This document shows, piece by piece, positions 14,182 through 29,176 of a stretch of DNA of 64,000 bases. The stretch lies in the NCBI RefSeq assembly GCF_009914755.1, contig NC_060947.1. One strand, given 5' to 3'. The position numbers and the translations under genes were made by a program. The stretch is from the human T2T-CHM13v2.0 reference genome, Homo sapiens. The notes beneath the pieces are model-generated. The model made no database searches. It was given only the letters and a program-made list of their open reading frames with translations, and was not told where the DNA came from. Within the stretch, counting starts at the first letter, position 1. Each line of letters starts with the position of its first letter.

Positions 14182-14949
14182 CTCTAAAACTGTAATCTTT
14201 AGGACATCCATAATTAAAGTGCAATAAGCATGAGTAGCATTGTATCATTCTTGACTTTAAGGAAGATGTTTCTAGCTTTTTTGTGCTCATAATTTTCTAG
14301 TTAATATATTACCCCATTTTCAGGGTTGACTTTTTATAAAGAGAAGATATCAGCAAAGAAAAAAGTTTGCAGAAAAAGAAAACAAAACAAACAAAAGAAA
14401 AGAAAAACAAATGTATAATAAATAATTGACATAAATAATTGATATAAATGTAGAAGATGAATAATATCAGAGTTTGAACAGTCATGAAAAATAGTCCTAA
14501 GAAAAATCTATAATCTCTCCATGGCTTTTTTCAATAAAGAGTTTGATAATGTTTCCACTACAGTTTACATCTATCTTCTATCTTAACAGATAGATAGGCT
14601 GGAATGAAATCTAGTCATCCCGTTGTAGTATGACCATTCCTGGATTTAAAATACTCTCTAATATTTAATGCACATCTATGGACTTCTTCATCCAAGCACA
14701 ACAAAATACATGTTTTTTAAGCTTACATGGAACATTTACCAAGATAAGCCATATTCTTGGTGATAAAATATACCTTAACCAATTTTTAAAAATATAAATC
14801 ACTCAAAGTCTGCTGTCAGACCACAATGGAATTAAACTAGAAATCAATAATGAGAGATGGATATCCCAAAATACTTGGAGATTAAATAATAAACTTATAA
14901 ATAGCACATAGGTCAAAAATATCAAAAGACATTAAAATATTTTGAACTA

Positions 14950-15960
14950 TATGGTAGAATAATTTATATTCATCTGGATATATACGCAGTAATGGGATTG
15001 CTGGGTTGAATGATAGTTCTATTTTAGCTCATTGAGGAATTGTCCTACTGCTTTCCACAATGGTTGAACTAATTTCCACTCCCACCAACAATGTATAAGT
15101 GTTCCCTTTTCTCCACAACCTCACCAGTATCTGTTATTTTTTGACTGTTTAGTTATAGCCATCCTGACTGGTGTGAGATGATATCTATTGTGGTTTTGAT
15201 TTGCATTTCTCTAATGGTCAGTGATGTTGAGCTTTTGTTCATACACTTGTTGGCCACCTGTATGTCTTCTTTTGAGAAGTGTCTTTTTGTGTCGTTTGCT
15301 CATTTTTCAGTGGGGTTGTTTTTCTCTTGTAAATTTAGGTTTCTTACCGATGCTAGATATTAGGCCTCTGTCAGATGCATAGTTTGCAAATATTTTCTCC
15401 CATTCTGTAGGTTGTCTGCTCACTCTATTATTAGTTTATTTTGCTGTACAGAAGCTCTTAAGTTTAATTAAATACCATAAAGGCACATGTGCAAATGTTC
15501 ATGGCAGCACTATTTACAATAGCAAAGACATGAAATCAACCTAAATGTCCATCAAGGACAGATTGGATAAAGAAAAGGTGGTATATATACACCATGGAAT
15601 ACTATGCAGCCATAAAAAACAATGAGATCATGTCTTTTATGGGAACATGGATGGAGCTGGAGGCTATTATCCTTAGCAAATTAACTCAGGAACAGAAAAT
15701 CAAATGCCACATGTTCTCATTTGTAAGTGGGAACTAAATGATAAGAACCTATGAACACGAAGGAAACAACAGACACAGGGCCCTACCTACTTAAGAGAGG
15801 AGAGTGGGACGAGGTAGAGGAGGAGAAAAAAATAACTATTGGGTACTGGGCTTGATACCAGGGTGATAACATAATCTGCACAACAAATCACCATGAAACA
15901 TGTTTACCTACGTAACAAACCTTCACATGTACCTCCAAACCTAAAATAAAAGTTAAACAA
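14950..15960 (+). mobile_element. L1PA15/16-like insertion with 5' inversion (twin priming)
   Basis: Antisense part 14950-15472, sense part 15473-15960 with 3'UTR; degenerate TSD AAAATATTTTGAACT / ACAAATTTTTTAACT. Confidence 0.85.
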
Positions 15961-16060
15961 ATTTTTTAACTAAATATAAATTAAAATGCAATTTATCAAT
16001 ATGTGTAGGTTGAAATAAAAACAGTGCTTAGAGAAAAATGTATAGCATTAAACTCATATA

Positions 16061-16278
16061 CAGTTTGAATATCACTTATCAAAAATGCTTGACACCATAA
16101 CAGTTTCAGACTTGGGATTTTTTTGGATTTTGGAGTGTTTGCATTATATTTACTGGTTGAGCATATCTGATCCAAAATCTGAAATCCAAAATCATCAAGT
16201 GATCATTACATTTAAGCACCATGTTGGCCCCAAAAAAGCTTCAGATATTGTATTTTTGAATTAAGGATACTCAAGCTG
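16061..16278. mobile_element. Tigger4a/MER46-type non-autonomous DNA transposon
   Basis: TIRs CAGTTTGAATATCACTTA / TTAAGGATACTCAAGCTG, TA target duplication on both sides, internal GGATTTT / AAATCC repeats. Confidence 0.85.
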
Positions 16279-16739
16279 TATTATAAAAGAAGAAAGGTGA
16301 AAAATTAATCGTTTAAGCTTCCATTTTTGGAAAGCAGGAAAAAAGAGCACATCAAATTTATAGTTAGCAGAAAAAAATTAATAGTATAAATTAGAACAAA
16401 CATGAAAGAAGTGGAAAACAGCAAATTAGTAGAGAAAATCAAAGAACCCAAAATCTAGTGCTTTGAGAAGATCAATAAAATCATTTATCCTCTAGTTAGC
16501 TGACTGGCAATAAGAGAGAAATAGAGACAGAAAATGTAAATTACTAGACATCACTGCAATTCACATGAACATTAAAACATAATACAGAAATGCTACGAAC
16601 GATTCTATGCCTAAAATTTGACAACCTAGATAAAGTAGACAAATTTCTTGAAAGACACACTCATACAAGAAAACTCACACAAAAAACATGCAAAACTCAC
16701 ACAAGAAAACAGAAGCAATCTATATCTTTCTATGTCTAT

Positions 16740-17094
16740 TGTATTAGTCCACTCTCCACACCACTATAAGGACATACTCAAGACTGGGTAATTTATAAAG
16801 AAAAGATTTAATTGACTCACAGTTCTGCATGGCTGGGGAGGCCTCAGGAAACTTACAATCATGGTGGAAGGCACCTCTTCACAGGGTGGCAGGAGAGAGA
16901 ATGAGTGGCAAGTGACAGGGGAAGCCCTTTATAAAACCATTAGATCTCATGAAAACTCATTCACTATCATGAGAAAAGCATGTGGTAACTGCCCCCATGA
17001 TTCGCTTATCTTTACCTGGTCCTGCCCTTGACATGTGGGGATTATGACAATTTAAGGTGAGATTTGGGTGGGAACAGAGAGCCAAACAATAGCA
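16740..17094 (-). mobile_element. THE1 (THE1C-like) solo LTR
   Basis: Same LTR type as 240-595; perfect TSD TCTAT (16735-16739, 17095-17099). Confidence 0.95.
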
Positions 17095-19431
17095 TCTATT
17101 AAAATAACTGAATCAATAACAAATAATGTTCCATGAAGAGAAAGCATGAGGTGGATCAGATGAATTCAATGGTGAATTCTATCCAACATTTAAAGAAGAA
17201 ATTACACCCATTCTCTACAATCTCTTTCTGGAGATAGAAACAAAGGGAACACTTTCTAACTCATTCTATGAAGCCAGCATCACCCTTATACCAAAATCAG
17301 AGAAACACATTACAAAAAAAAACAAAAAACAAAAACCTAGACCAATATGCCTTGAGAACATAGATACAAAAATTCCTAACAAAATATTAGCAAATAAAAT
17401 CCAACAATGTATAAAAATAATTATATCCCATGACCAAGTAGAATTTATCCCAGGTATGCAAGATTGGTTCAACATTAAAAAATCAACTAATGCTATTAAT
17501 CATATCAACAGGCTAATACAGAAAAATCACATGATTATATAAATAGATGCATAAAAAGCACTTGACAAAATCCATAAACCTATTCATGATAAAAAGTTCT
17601 AGCAAACTAGGAATAGAGGGGACTTTTTTCAACTCAATAAGGAATAGCTACAAAAAAACCTACACTTAACATCATTCTTAATAGTGAGAAACCTGAAGTT
17701 TTCCCACTAAGATAAGAAATAAGGCAAGATTGTTTGCTCTGATTACTCATTTTTAACATTTACTGGAAGTCCTCCATAATGCAATAATACAATTAATGGA
17801 AATAAAAGGTATATAGAGCAGGAGGAAAGAAATAAAGCTGTCTTTTTTTGCAGATGACATGACAGTCAATGTAGAAAATCTGAAAGACTGAGTGAAAAAT
17901 TAACACTTCCCAAACTAATAAGTTATCACAGAAAGGTTGTAGGATATAAGGTTAATATACAAATGTCAATTATTATGCTACCTACCAGCAATGAACAAGT
18001 GGAATTTGAAACTGAATACACAAATCCTACATACCAGCAATGAACAAGTGGAATTTGAAACTGAATACAAAATATGACTTGCATTACCATCCACCAACAT
18101 TGAAACACTCAGATATAAGTCTAATAAAATATGTATGAAATCTGTATGAGGAAAATAAAATTCTGACGAAGAAATCAGAGAAAAACTAAATAAATGGAGA
18201 GATATTTCATTTCATGAATAGGAAGACTTGATGTTGTCAAGATGTTCAGTTCTTCTCAAATTGATTTATAAATTTATTGTAATCAAAATTAAAGTCCCAG
18301 CAATTTATTTGGTGGATATTGACAAAGTGATTCTAAGCTTTATATGGAGAGGCAAAAGACCCAGAACACCTGGCTTAGCCTCGTAGGGCAGAGAAAAAAC
18401 TAGTTTAGGAATCTAACTACTCTATTTGAATCTCTAACTTTAGTCATAAAAATAAGTTTGTAATAACAATATGTTCATATTATTTTGTCATACAGTATGA
18501 TTAACTTGTGTTTTGGAAGAGACATAATATGAGTTTACTAAATATATTACAATGTCGCAACACACCTTAGTCTACTGGGAATTCAGATATACTGACATAC
18601 ATTAGGCTGACTGCCCTACTTCTCATGAAAATGATTCAAAATGGATTTGAGAAGGCCGGTTTCTTTAAAATAAAGACGCACAAGATTTAATGGATAAATA
18701 TTATGATTATGGTTTGAGTTCTGGGCACACCACTGGTTCAGGCACACTTCCTGACTGGCCTACTTCAAGTTCATTCTCCCATTGGATAACTCTTCTTTCT
18801 CTCTTTATTGCTTTCTCCTATCCACCAATATTTTTATGCTTTATTCTGGAGGGCTTAGGTCCATAATCCATCATCATATGCTAATTTGGCCTAAGGCTGC
18901 ATTCTTTACTGTTTCTTCTATCCCTTAAAATTCTTCCATCCTGCCTTTCCTTTTCTTAAAGCCGCCTTCTCTTTTCTAGAAGACTGTAGTCAGAAATCGT
19001 TCTAGAAAATATTTTCTGTTTTTGTTAATGAAGATATCCTTAATTGTAGATAACATTAATGTAAATAACAGATAGTATAGATAGCTCTTATAACACAATC
19101 ACATAAATTTAAGACTTTAGGAAGGATCTTAAAATAAAAAATTATCCTGATGATTTCAAGTACCAAACCAGGACAGCGAAGGGGCTGGTTTTGCTTTGAA
19201 GACTATTTTACCATTCTTCAAAAGACAGGATTAAAATAAATGCCTACTTCACTTTTGTCAAATATTTACCTAGAAGCTTCATACATAGACATGTTAGCAA
19301 TTATGTTATTCCCATTCTGAATCTAAGATATATCTTATCATAAGGTGCGTTTTTAAATCAATAATTATATAATAACATATAAATTCAACTATATTGGGTG
19401 CATATATATTTAGGATAGTTAGCTCTTCTTA

Positions 19432-19746
19432 TTAAATTGATCCCTTTACCATTATGTAATGGTCTTCTTTGTCTCTTTTGATCTTTGTTGGTTTAAAGTC
19501 TGTTTTATCAGAGACTAGGATTGTAACCCCTGCTTTTTTTTGTTTTCCATTTGCTTGGTAGATCTTCCTCCATCCCTTTATTTTGAGCCTATGTGTGTCT
19601 CTGCACGTGAGGTGGGTCTCCTGAATATAGCACACTGATGGGTCTTGACTCTTTATCCAATTTGCCAGACTGTGTCTTTTAATTGGAACATTTAGCCCAT
19701 TTACATTTAAGGTTAATATTGTTATGTGTGAATTTGATCCTGTCAC
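19432..19746 (-). pseudogene. LINE-1 ORF2p endonuclease N-terminal remnant
   Basis: MTGSNSHITILTLNVNGLN…IQETH…; premature stop after 104 aa. Confidence 0.9.
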
Positions 19747-19809
19747 TATGATGTTAGCTGATTATTTTGCTCATTAGTTGATGCAGTTTCTTTCCAGCAT
19801 CAATGGTCT

Positions 19810-20641
19810 TTACAATTTGGCATGTTTCTGCAGTGGCTGGTACCGGTTGTTCCTTTCCATGTTTAGTGCTTCCTTCAGGAGCTCTTGTAAGGCAGGCCTG
19901 GTGGTGACAAAATCTCTCAGCATTTGCTTGTCTGTAAAGGATTTTATTTCTCCTTCACTTATGAAGCTTAGTTTGGCTGGATATGAAATTCTGGGTTGAA
20001 AATTCTTTTCTTTAAGAATGTTAAATATTGGTCCCCACTCTCTTCTGGCTTGTAGAGTTTCTGCCAAGAGATCTGCTGTTAGTGTGATGGGCTTCCCTTT
20101 GTGGGTAACCTGACCTTTCTCTCCAGCTGCCCTTAACATTTTTTCCTTCATTTCAACTTTGGTGAATCTGACAATTATGTGGCTTGGCCTTGCTCTTCTC
20201 GAGGAGTATCTTTGTGGCGTTCTCTGTATTTCCTGAATTTGAATGTTGGCCTGCCTTGCTAGACTGGGGGAGTTCTCCTGGATAATAACCTGCAGAGTGT
20301 TTTCCAACTTGGTTCCATTCTCCCCATCACTTTCAGGTACACCAATCAGATGTAGATTTGGTCTTTTCACATAGTCCCATATTTCTTGGAGGCTTTGTTC
20401 ATTTCTTTTTACTCTTTTTTCTCTAAACTTCTCTTCTCGCTTCATTTCATTCATTTGATCTTCAGTCACTGATACCCTTTCTTCCAGTTGACCGAATCGG
20501 CTACTGAAGCTTGTGCATGCATCACATAGTTCTCGTGCCACGGTTTTCAGCTCCACCAGGTCATTTAAGGACTTATCTACACTAGTTATTCTAGTTAGCC
20601 ATTCGTCTAATCTTTTTTCAAGGTTTTTAGCTTCTTTGCGA
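19810..20641 (-). pseudogene. LINE-1 ORF1p remnant (coiled-coil end, RRM, CTD), N-terminally truncated
   Basis: Translation contains REKRVKRNEQSLQEIWDYVKRPNL, ARREWGPIFNILKEKNFQPRISYPAKLSF and YQPLQKHAKL; no 5'UTR and no native ATG. Confidence 0.9.
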
Positions 20642-20685
20642 GGTAATGTATAGATTCAATGCCATCCCCATCAAGCTACCAATGA

Positions 20686-20991
<306 letters not shown>

Positions 20992-22864
20992 TAGGAAAAC
21001 TGGCTAGCCATATGTAGAAAGCTGAAACTGGATCCCTTCCTTACACCTTATACAAAAATTAATTCAAGATGGATTAAAGACTTAAATATTAGACCTAAAA
21101 CCATAAAAACACTAGAAGAAAACCTAGGCAATACCATTCAGGACACAGGCATGGACAAAGACTTCGTGTCTAAAACACCAAAAGTAATGGCAACAAAGGC
21201 CAAAACTAACAAATGGGATCTAATTAAACTAAAGAGCTTCTGCACAGCAAAAGAAACTACCATCAGAGTGAACAGGCAACATATAGAATGGGAAAATATT
21301 TTTGCAATCTACCCATCTGACAAAGGGCTAATATCCAGAATCTATAAAGAACTTAAACAAATTTACAAGAAAAAATCAAACAACCCCATCAAAAAGTGGG
21401 CGAAGGATATGAACAGACACTTTTCAAAAGAACACATTTATGCAGCCAAAGGACACATGAAAAAATGCTCATCATCACTGGCCATCAGAGAAATGCAAAT
21501 CAAAACCACAATGAGATACCATCTCACACCAGTTAGAATGGCGATCACCAAAAAGTCAGGAAGCAACAGGTGCTGGAGAGGATGTGGAGAAATAGGAAAA
21601 TTTTACACTGTTGGTGGGACTGTAAACTAGTTCAACCATTGTGGAAGACAGCGTGGCGATTCCCCAAGGATCTAGAACTAGAAATACCGTTTGACCCAGC
21701 CATCCCATTACTGGGTATATACCCAAAGGATTATAAATCATGCTGCTATAAAGACACATGCACAAGTATGTTTATTGCAGCACTATTCACAATAGCAAAG
21801 ACTTGGAACCAACCCAAATGCCCATAAATGGTAGACTGGATTAAGAAAATGTGGCACATGTACACCGTGGAATACTATGCAGCCACAAAAAAGGATGAGT
21901 TCATGTCCTTTGTAGGGACATGGATGAAGCTGGAAACCATTATTCTCAGCACACTATTGCAAGGCCAAAAAACCAAACACTGCATGTTCTCACTCATAGG
22001 TGGGAATTGAACAATGAGAACACTGGGACACAGGAAGGCGAACATCACACACTGGGGCCTGTTGTGGGGGCGGGGGAGGGGGAAGGGATATCATTAGGAG
22101 ATATACCTAATGTAAATGACAAGTTAATGGGTGCAGCACACCAACATGGCACATATAAACATATGTAGCAAACTTGCACCTTGTGCACATGTACCCTAGA
22201 ACTTAAAGTATAATAATAAAAATAAAAATACAATAAAACTAAAAATAGAAAAAAATAAATAAATTCAACTAAAGATTAAAAAATGCAGTTTCAAGTGGAC
22301 AAAATGAAAAATTTACATCTGCCTTACTATAATAAAGTGATAATTTCACCTACTAGATATGGGCAAAAATGGAGAGATGAACCACAGATATTTTGTTTAT
22401 TTCAGGAAATTTTCAGGGAATTGATATCATTTAACTGTAACCGTTGTAGAAGTAATTCAAATGAGAAATGTAATAGCACGACACTTCAGAATTAGAGAAT
22501 TCGCTTTGTTAATTTTTGCTTTTGTTTATTTCTGTCTCAACAACAACAATAAAGAATGTAAATTCCATTCCACACTGCTACTTTAAAATTTTAGGTTATT
22601 TGAGTTTATTGCTCACAAATTTGATTACAGGTCTTCATTAAATATGATTTCAATTTACATACATAGCATAAGTCTTTGCTTGCTGGCAGAGTTGGGGAAT
22701 AATCAGTTATTTAACTTTTTATAACACTTATAATAATAAATCTGTTATTTAACAGTTAACCAGTTAACTTAATCAGTTATTTAGTCTGTTACAATAATCA
22801 GTTAATTAACTTTTTATAACATTTTCATGTATATTTGGTGAAAATAATTTTATATTTAGGTACA

Positions 22865-23116
22865 TGGGCTTTGAAGTTATTGGAATCAGGTAAATCTGGA
22901 TTTAAAATCTCAGCTCACTAGCTATATTTTACTAGTTAGATAATTCACTAGCTGTATGACATTGAGCCATTTATTTGAATTCCTGATACCTAGTTTCCTC
23001 ATCTGTAAAATGGGGGTAAATACTTACCTCACAGACGTGATGAAAACTTAAATGAGGTAAAATATATACAGCATAGTACTTAGAACACAGTGATTGCTTT
23101 AAAATGCAGGCTATTA
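22865..23116 (+). mobile_element. MIR SINE
   Basis: Core CTAGCTGTATGACATTGAGC…AGTTTCCTCATCTGTAAAATGGGG…TACCTCACAG. Confidence 0.85.
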
Positions 23117-23622
23117 CAATTTTTTTCATCATTCCCTAGATATATTCCCAAATTTCAAAAAACTGGAATAAAATTATATACATCAAAAAACCATATGGTA
23201 ATCAAATTAGAACTTTTTGTTGAAAGTAACAAAATTCTATCCAAATTACCTTAAGAATCGGCTCTGAATTCTAGGACATACCAAAATGTTGTCCTAATAA
23301 TATAAATATAAATTATATTCTTTTTAAAGCTAATTTGGACTAGATATTTATCCTGACACTTTATTCTACTTTTACTCCCCTCTACCCCTGTGCACCCTCA
23401 TACAATATATTAGAGACCTGAAAAACAACTTACACATTAATCTATTTAAGGTCTTGTGATTCATGAAACAGAAAGGAAATTTCATAGATCATAGATATTA
23501 CTGGTGCATTCTCACAGCTGCTTCAATTGTTCTTTCAGATAGAAGGAAGCCTGCACTTTCCAGATGTGCTGTGTTTTTGTGAGATCTTGCAGCTCCTTCT
23601 GGCTAAAGAACCGTGAAGGAAA

Positions 23623-23625
<3 letters not shown>

Positions 23626-23660
<35 letters not shown>
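23626..23660. repeat. (GT)n microsatellite
   Basis: About 17 perfect GT units. Confidence 0.97.
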
Positions 23661-23661
<1 letters not shown>

Positions 23662-25239
23662 TTTCTATGCTGATTTCAATAAGATTTCTCATAATTACTC
23701 CAAATCTCTCTGGCTTAGGCCATGTGTTTCAAATACTGCAGTTAGAAGAAAGTAGTGCTTTCTTCATCCTGAGTCATTGAGTATGGAATAATCTATTCTC
23801 TTTCCATGTGAAATATGTAGTAAGCGAGAGGCAATGTTGTATTATAAAGACACTGATTTAGGGAGAGGTTGTTTGTTACTAGAATATAACCTAATTTACA
23901 TTAACAAATATATTCACTGTCAAATTCAGGCCTTATTTTATACCTCTACTATAAGGCAATATTCAGAACCAACAAATCACAACAACAACAACACACAAAC
24001 ACACACACAACACATAAAGCAATTTATAAATTAGATATTTGCAAGCCTAATTAAAAAACAATTTAATAAATCCAGGACAATCTCATACCTAAACTTGTTT
24101 TATGATGAAATTCTGGGACAGACTTGTATGATGTGAGCATTGCTATCCTGATATTTATTTCAATATTTGTAACAATTTAAAAGCAATTTTGATATTCCAT
24201 ACAGTTCCTATATTTCTAATGCCAAACATTTTAGATAAATATATTATGGGGAATTCTCCCTATTCATAACAACCATTTTTTACCAAAAATACTACAGCAC
24301 TTCTCAAAATGCCTCTAATGCTAGGTAAATATTAAGTGAAACCCAGCTTTAATCCATACTATTATTTAATGACAGCTATTTTATCGCATTTACATATGAA
24401 TATAAGCAACAGTTGTGACTAAAGAGGAAAGTCTGTTAAAAATGAAAGTTACAACTCAGGTGTTAATGTTCCAACATATTTTTATACTTCGGTGTCCATA
24501 GAATGGCTTCTAAATTATTCTTTTAAGGAACTTACAGCTCCCCAAAAATATTATGAAAGTAAACTAGTCTCTTTTTGCTTAATGTTCCATAGAAGTTAAA
24601 ATATTTTTTGCATGTTGAAAGATTATGTGTATATTAATTTCATTATGAATTTTTAATATTACTCTCACTGAATTTAAGCTGAGTAGACATAGTGAAAGAG
24701 GAGCAAGATGCATAAACATATTATTGTATTCACTTTGCTTAATTCCACACATGCATATAAGTGTTATTTAGATGACATTTATATGAGGGCAAAATCTCTT
24801 TATTTTTTCATATGCTTACATATTAAACATTCTATTTTGTTTCCTAAAGCATATAGCTCAATAAACGAAAGGCATTAAAGAACAGAGAGAAAAGTTACCT
24901 GATTTTTCAAGAGATCATCTGGTACTTTTCTGGAGAATACAATTTATAGCAAAGTTGGAAACATGCGTGGAACCAATATACCAACAAAGATGCACATAGT
25001 TAGCTAAAAACTAACTAGAGAGTTAACATTCAGTCAAGTATCAGAATATTTCAAAATATTATATGTAGATTAGTTGCTTAGAAGATTGACCCTTCATGTA
25101 CATATTTCTTGGCATGATGAAATTCCAGTAACTGCTTGTCAGATAATACATTTACTCCAAAAAACATTTTTTGTTGTTTTTGATGCAATCAGCTTTTATA
25201 AAATGTAGCTTCACTTGCCTAGTTGTGCCCATCCAAAAC

Positions 25240-25527
<288 letters not shown>

Positions 25528-27164
25528 TAATTGCTTTTCACTTCTGCGACTGGTATTACCCATTATAACTACATTCTTCTGTCCCTGTACAGTAAGGAAG
25601 ATTTAGACATAACATGTGATTATAAATTAAAGAAAGCAAATTAAACTTTCTAATCATGAACTGCATGCTTACTCCCTATTTGCTCATTCTTATCCAATGA
25701 CTCACAGTATCTGTAAGATTACTTTAAAAAAACTATAGTTGAAAATAATTTAAAATAAAACACCAAATAATGAAATACAACATTAAATTGAACATGTCTG
25801 AATATTAATTTGGTGTCCTACACAAACGTTTAAATAATAATTCGAAGATTTGAATGAGGCACCTCGTGTATGTAAAATTCAACTTCCTCAGTAAATCATC
25901 TATAAAATGTATTATGTTTTCTTTAATTAGTTTTGTTTGCTGCCATCTTTCATAAAACAAGAAATCCTGGTAGGGTAACTTACTAGATATTACTTGTTTA
26001 ATACACAGTGCTCATATATGCTAATTTTCATTTGTGAAAACTTAATGATCAATCTCTAATAATGTCTTGTGGTAATTCATTTTACGGTACAATTTAAATA
26101 AACATGGATGAATTTTTCTAAACAAACCTTTGTCTCATATTGAATAGGTATTTTAATTCTCTATAGGTACAAACTAATCATTTTTTCCCATGAACATAAA
26201 AATGTGGTGGCAAATTAAAGATTTCTGATTATAGAGTTTCATTTTGAGAACTAATAATTCTTTTAAATATTAATAGATTATGTTAATTTTTTAATTTTAG
26301 AAAAATTGAACCAAGGCACTCATTGTGTAAGATAAAAGGACATCAAAATGTTTTTGTTTTCTAATTTTTAAACAAATATTTTTTATCTCTAAGTGTCTGA
26401 AAATGCAAATCTGAGATTTTGAGAAAATTTATAACAAAATCAAAGGATCTTACACCATTTAGCGCATAGCATCAAATCACTATTGTTCTGTATTTTGTCA
26501 TTTCAATTCACATATGTCATATAGTGAGATTGGTAGGAGTTTTTTTTCATAGTCTAAAGAGGTTATATTGTTTGTCTTAGTAATGACTATTTGATTATGT
26601 TTGCCCACAGCATATACCTTAAGTCTTATCTCACAATTTCCTAAGGCTAATTTTAGCACCCTGAAAGGGAGACATTTTCCATTTTAATGCTGATTCATTA
26701 CTAACAGGTGAGACTTAACTATTGCTCTTAAAAATTGTTATAAGTATGATGTTCACAACTGTGACCAACATATAAAAAATACTAATATCCGTAATGAAGT
26801 GACTATAGGGACATAGATACATTGTAATTTTCCTCAATGTTCAAAATAATTTTAATGGTTTTCATTTCTAAATAAATAGCATTTTAGCTATTTGGGCTGT
26901 CAAAGCCTTGGAAGTCAATTTGTCTATATTTGCTCTACGTGGACAAAATCACATTATTCCACAACTGGTGAAATCTGTTTGCTTGTGATTCTTGAATAGC
27001 AAGCATAGAATTTCCTTTCTTATTAGATTTGCTCAGGTTGGCAGACACCGTAAAATCAAATACACACATTTTAAAAATTAAACAACTATTCCAACTCCCA
27101 TGGCATATAACACGTAACACAGTTCAGGATATATTTCATTAGTGTAACACATACTAAATATGAT

Positions 27165-27380
27165 TCATGTAGTGTTTCATATGTGCCAGCAACTGCTATA
27201 TAAACATTAATCCGTTTAATTATCACAATGCCATCATGAATATGTACAGTAAATATCTGCACAAGTGAGGAAACTAAGGCACAGATGGGTTAATTTGCCA
27301 AGAACATAGTTCAAGTTAGTACATGAATTAAATACATGATTTAAAACCAGGTAATATAGATCTAGAGTTCAAGCTTCTTA
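27165..27380 (-). mobile_element. MIR SINE
   Basis: TGAGGAAACTAAGGCACAGATGGGTTAATTTGCCAAG, the antisense MIR core. Confidence 0.8.
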
Positions 27381-29176
27381 TCTTTTTATTGTATTGCTTA
27401 ATCTAAAACAAGATTATTCATAAAAAGCTTAAAACATGTCATATTGTGCTAAGAATATCTGGAGGCCTTTGTAGCTATTTTTTTTATTTCAACAGGTTTT
27501 GGGGTAACAGGTGGTGCTTGGTTACATGGATAAGTTCTTCAGTGGTGATTTCTGAGGTTTTGGTACACCCGTCACCGCAGCAGTGTACACTGTACCCCGT
27601 GTATAGTCTTTTATCCCTCACTCCACTCCCACCCTTGCCCCTGTGTCCCCAAAGTCCATTGTATCATTCCTATGCTTTTGCATCCTCATAGCTTAGCTCC
27701 CACTTATGAACGAGAACATATGATATTTGCTTTTCCATTCCTGTTACTGCACTTAAAATAATGGTCTCCAGTTCCATCCGGGTTGCTGTGAATGCCACTA
27801 TTTTGTTCCTTTTTGTGACTGAGTAGTATTCCATGGTATATACCACATTTTCTTTATCCACTCCTTAATTGATGGCATGTAGGCTGGTTCCATATTTTTG
27901 CAATTGCAAAATGTGCTGCTATAAACATGCATGTGAAAGTATCTTTTTGGTATAATGACTTATTTTCCTCTGGGTAGACACCCAGTAGTGGGATTGCTGG
28001 ATCAAATGGTAGATCCACATTTAGTTCTTTACAGAATCTCCATACTATTTTCCAAAGTGGTCGTACTAGTCTTCCATTTTCACCACATCCACATCAACAT
28101 CTATTAGTTTTTGATTTTTTGATTACAGCCGTTCTTGCAGAAGTAAGGTGGTATTGCATTGTGGCTTTGATTTGCATTTCCCTGATCTTTAGTGATGTTG
28201 AGCATTTTTTCATATGTTTGTTGGCCATTTGTATATCTTCTTTTGAGAATTGTCTATTCATGTCCTTAGCTCGTTTTTTGATGGGACTGTTTGTTTTTCT
28301 TGCTGATTTGTTTGACTTCCTTGTAGATTCTGGATATTAGCCCTTTGTCAGATGTATAGATTGAGAAGTTTTCTCCCACTCTGTAGGTTGTCTGTTTACT
28401 CTGCTGATTGTTTCTTTTGCTGTACAGAAGCTTTTTAGTTTAATTAGGTGTCATCTATTTATATTTGTTTTTGTTGCATTTGCTTTGGGGTTCTTGGTCA
28501 TGAGGTCTTTGCCTAAGCCAATATCTAGAAGGGTTTTTTCCTATGTTATCTTCTATAATTTTTATGGTTTCAGGTCTTAGATTTAAGTCTTTGATGCATC
28601 TTGAGTTGGTTTTTGTGAAAGATGAGAGATGAGGATCCAGTTCCATTCTTCTACATGTGGCTAGCCAATAATCCCAACACCATTTGTTGAATAGGGTGTC
28701 CTTTTCCCACTTTATGTTTTTGTTTGCTTTGTTGAAAATCAGTTGGCTGTAAGTATTTGGCTTTATTTCTGGGTTCTCTATTCCGTTCCATTGGTCTATG
28801 TGCCTATTTTTATACCAGTGCCATGCTGTTTTGGTGACTATGGGCTTATAGTTTGAAGTTGGGTAATGTCATGACTCCAGATTTGTTCTTTTTGCTCAGT
28901 CTTGCTTTGGTTATGATGGCTCTTTTTCGGGGGTGCCATAAAAATTTAGAATTTTTTTTCTAGTTCTGTGAAGAATGATGGTGGTATTTTGATGGGAATT
29001 ACATTTAATTTGTTGATTGCTTTTGACAGTATGTCATTTTCACAATATTGATTCTACCTATCCATGAGCATGGGATGTGTTTCTACTTGTTTGTTTTGTC
29101 TATGATTTATTTCAGCAGTGTTTTGTAATTTCCTTGTAGTGGTCTTTTGCCTCCTTGGCTAGGTATATTCCTAAGT

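Larger units (their letters stand above)
14650..18368 (+). mobile_element. Old L1M (L1MC/L1M4-like) ORF2 hosting three insertions
   Basis: Colinear EN-to-RT ORF2 sequence (…TTTGCAGATGACATGA… = FADDM at ~17847) that resumes after each nested insert. Confidence 0.85.

Noticed and set aside
16061-16278. Long imperfect palindrome as a novel ncRNA
   Set aside because: Explained by the TIRs and internal inverted repeats of a Tigger4/MER46 element.
19810-20556. 248-aa ORF as a functional or domesticated gene
   Set aside because: It is the truncated ORF1 of a young L1PA copy with no promoter or ATG; an open frame of this length is expected at that age.
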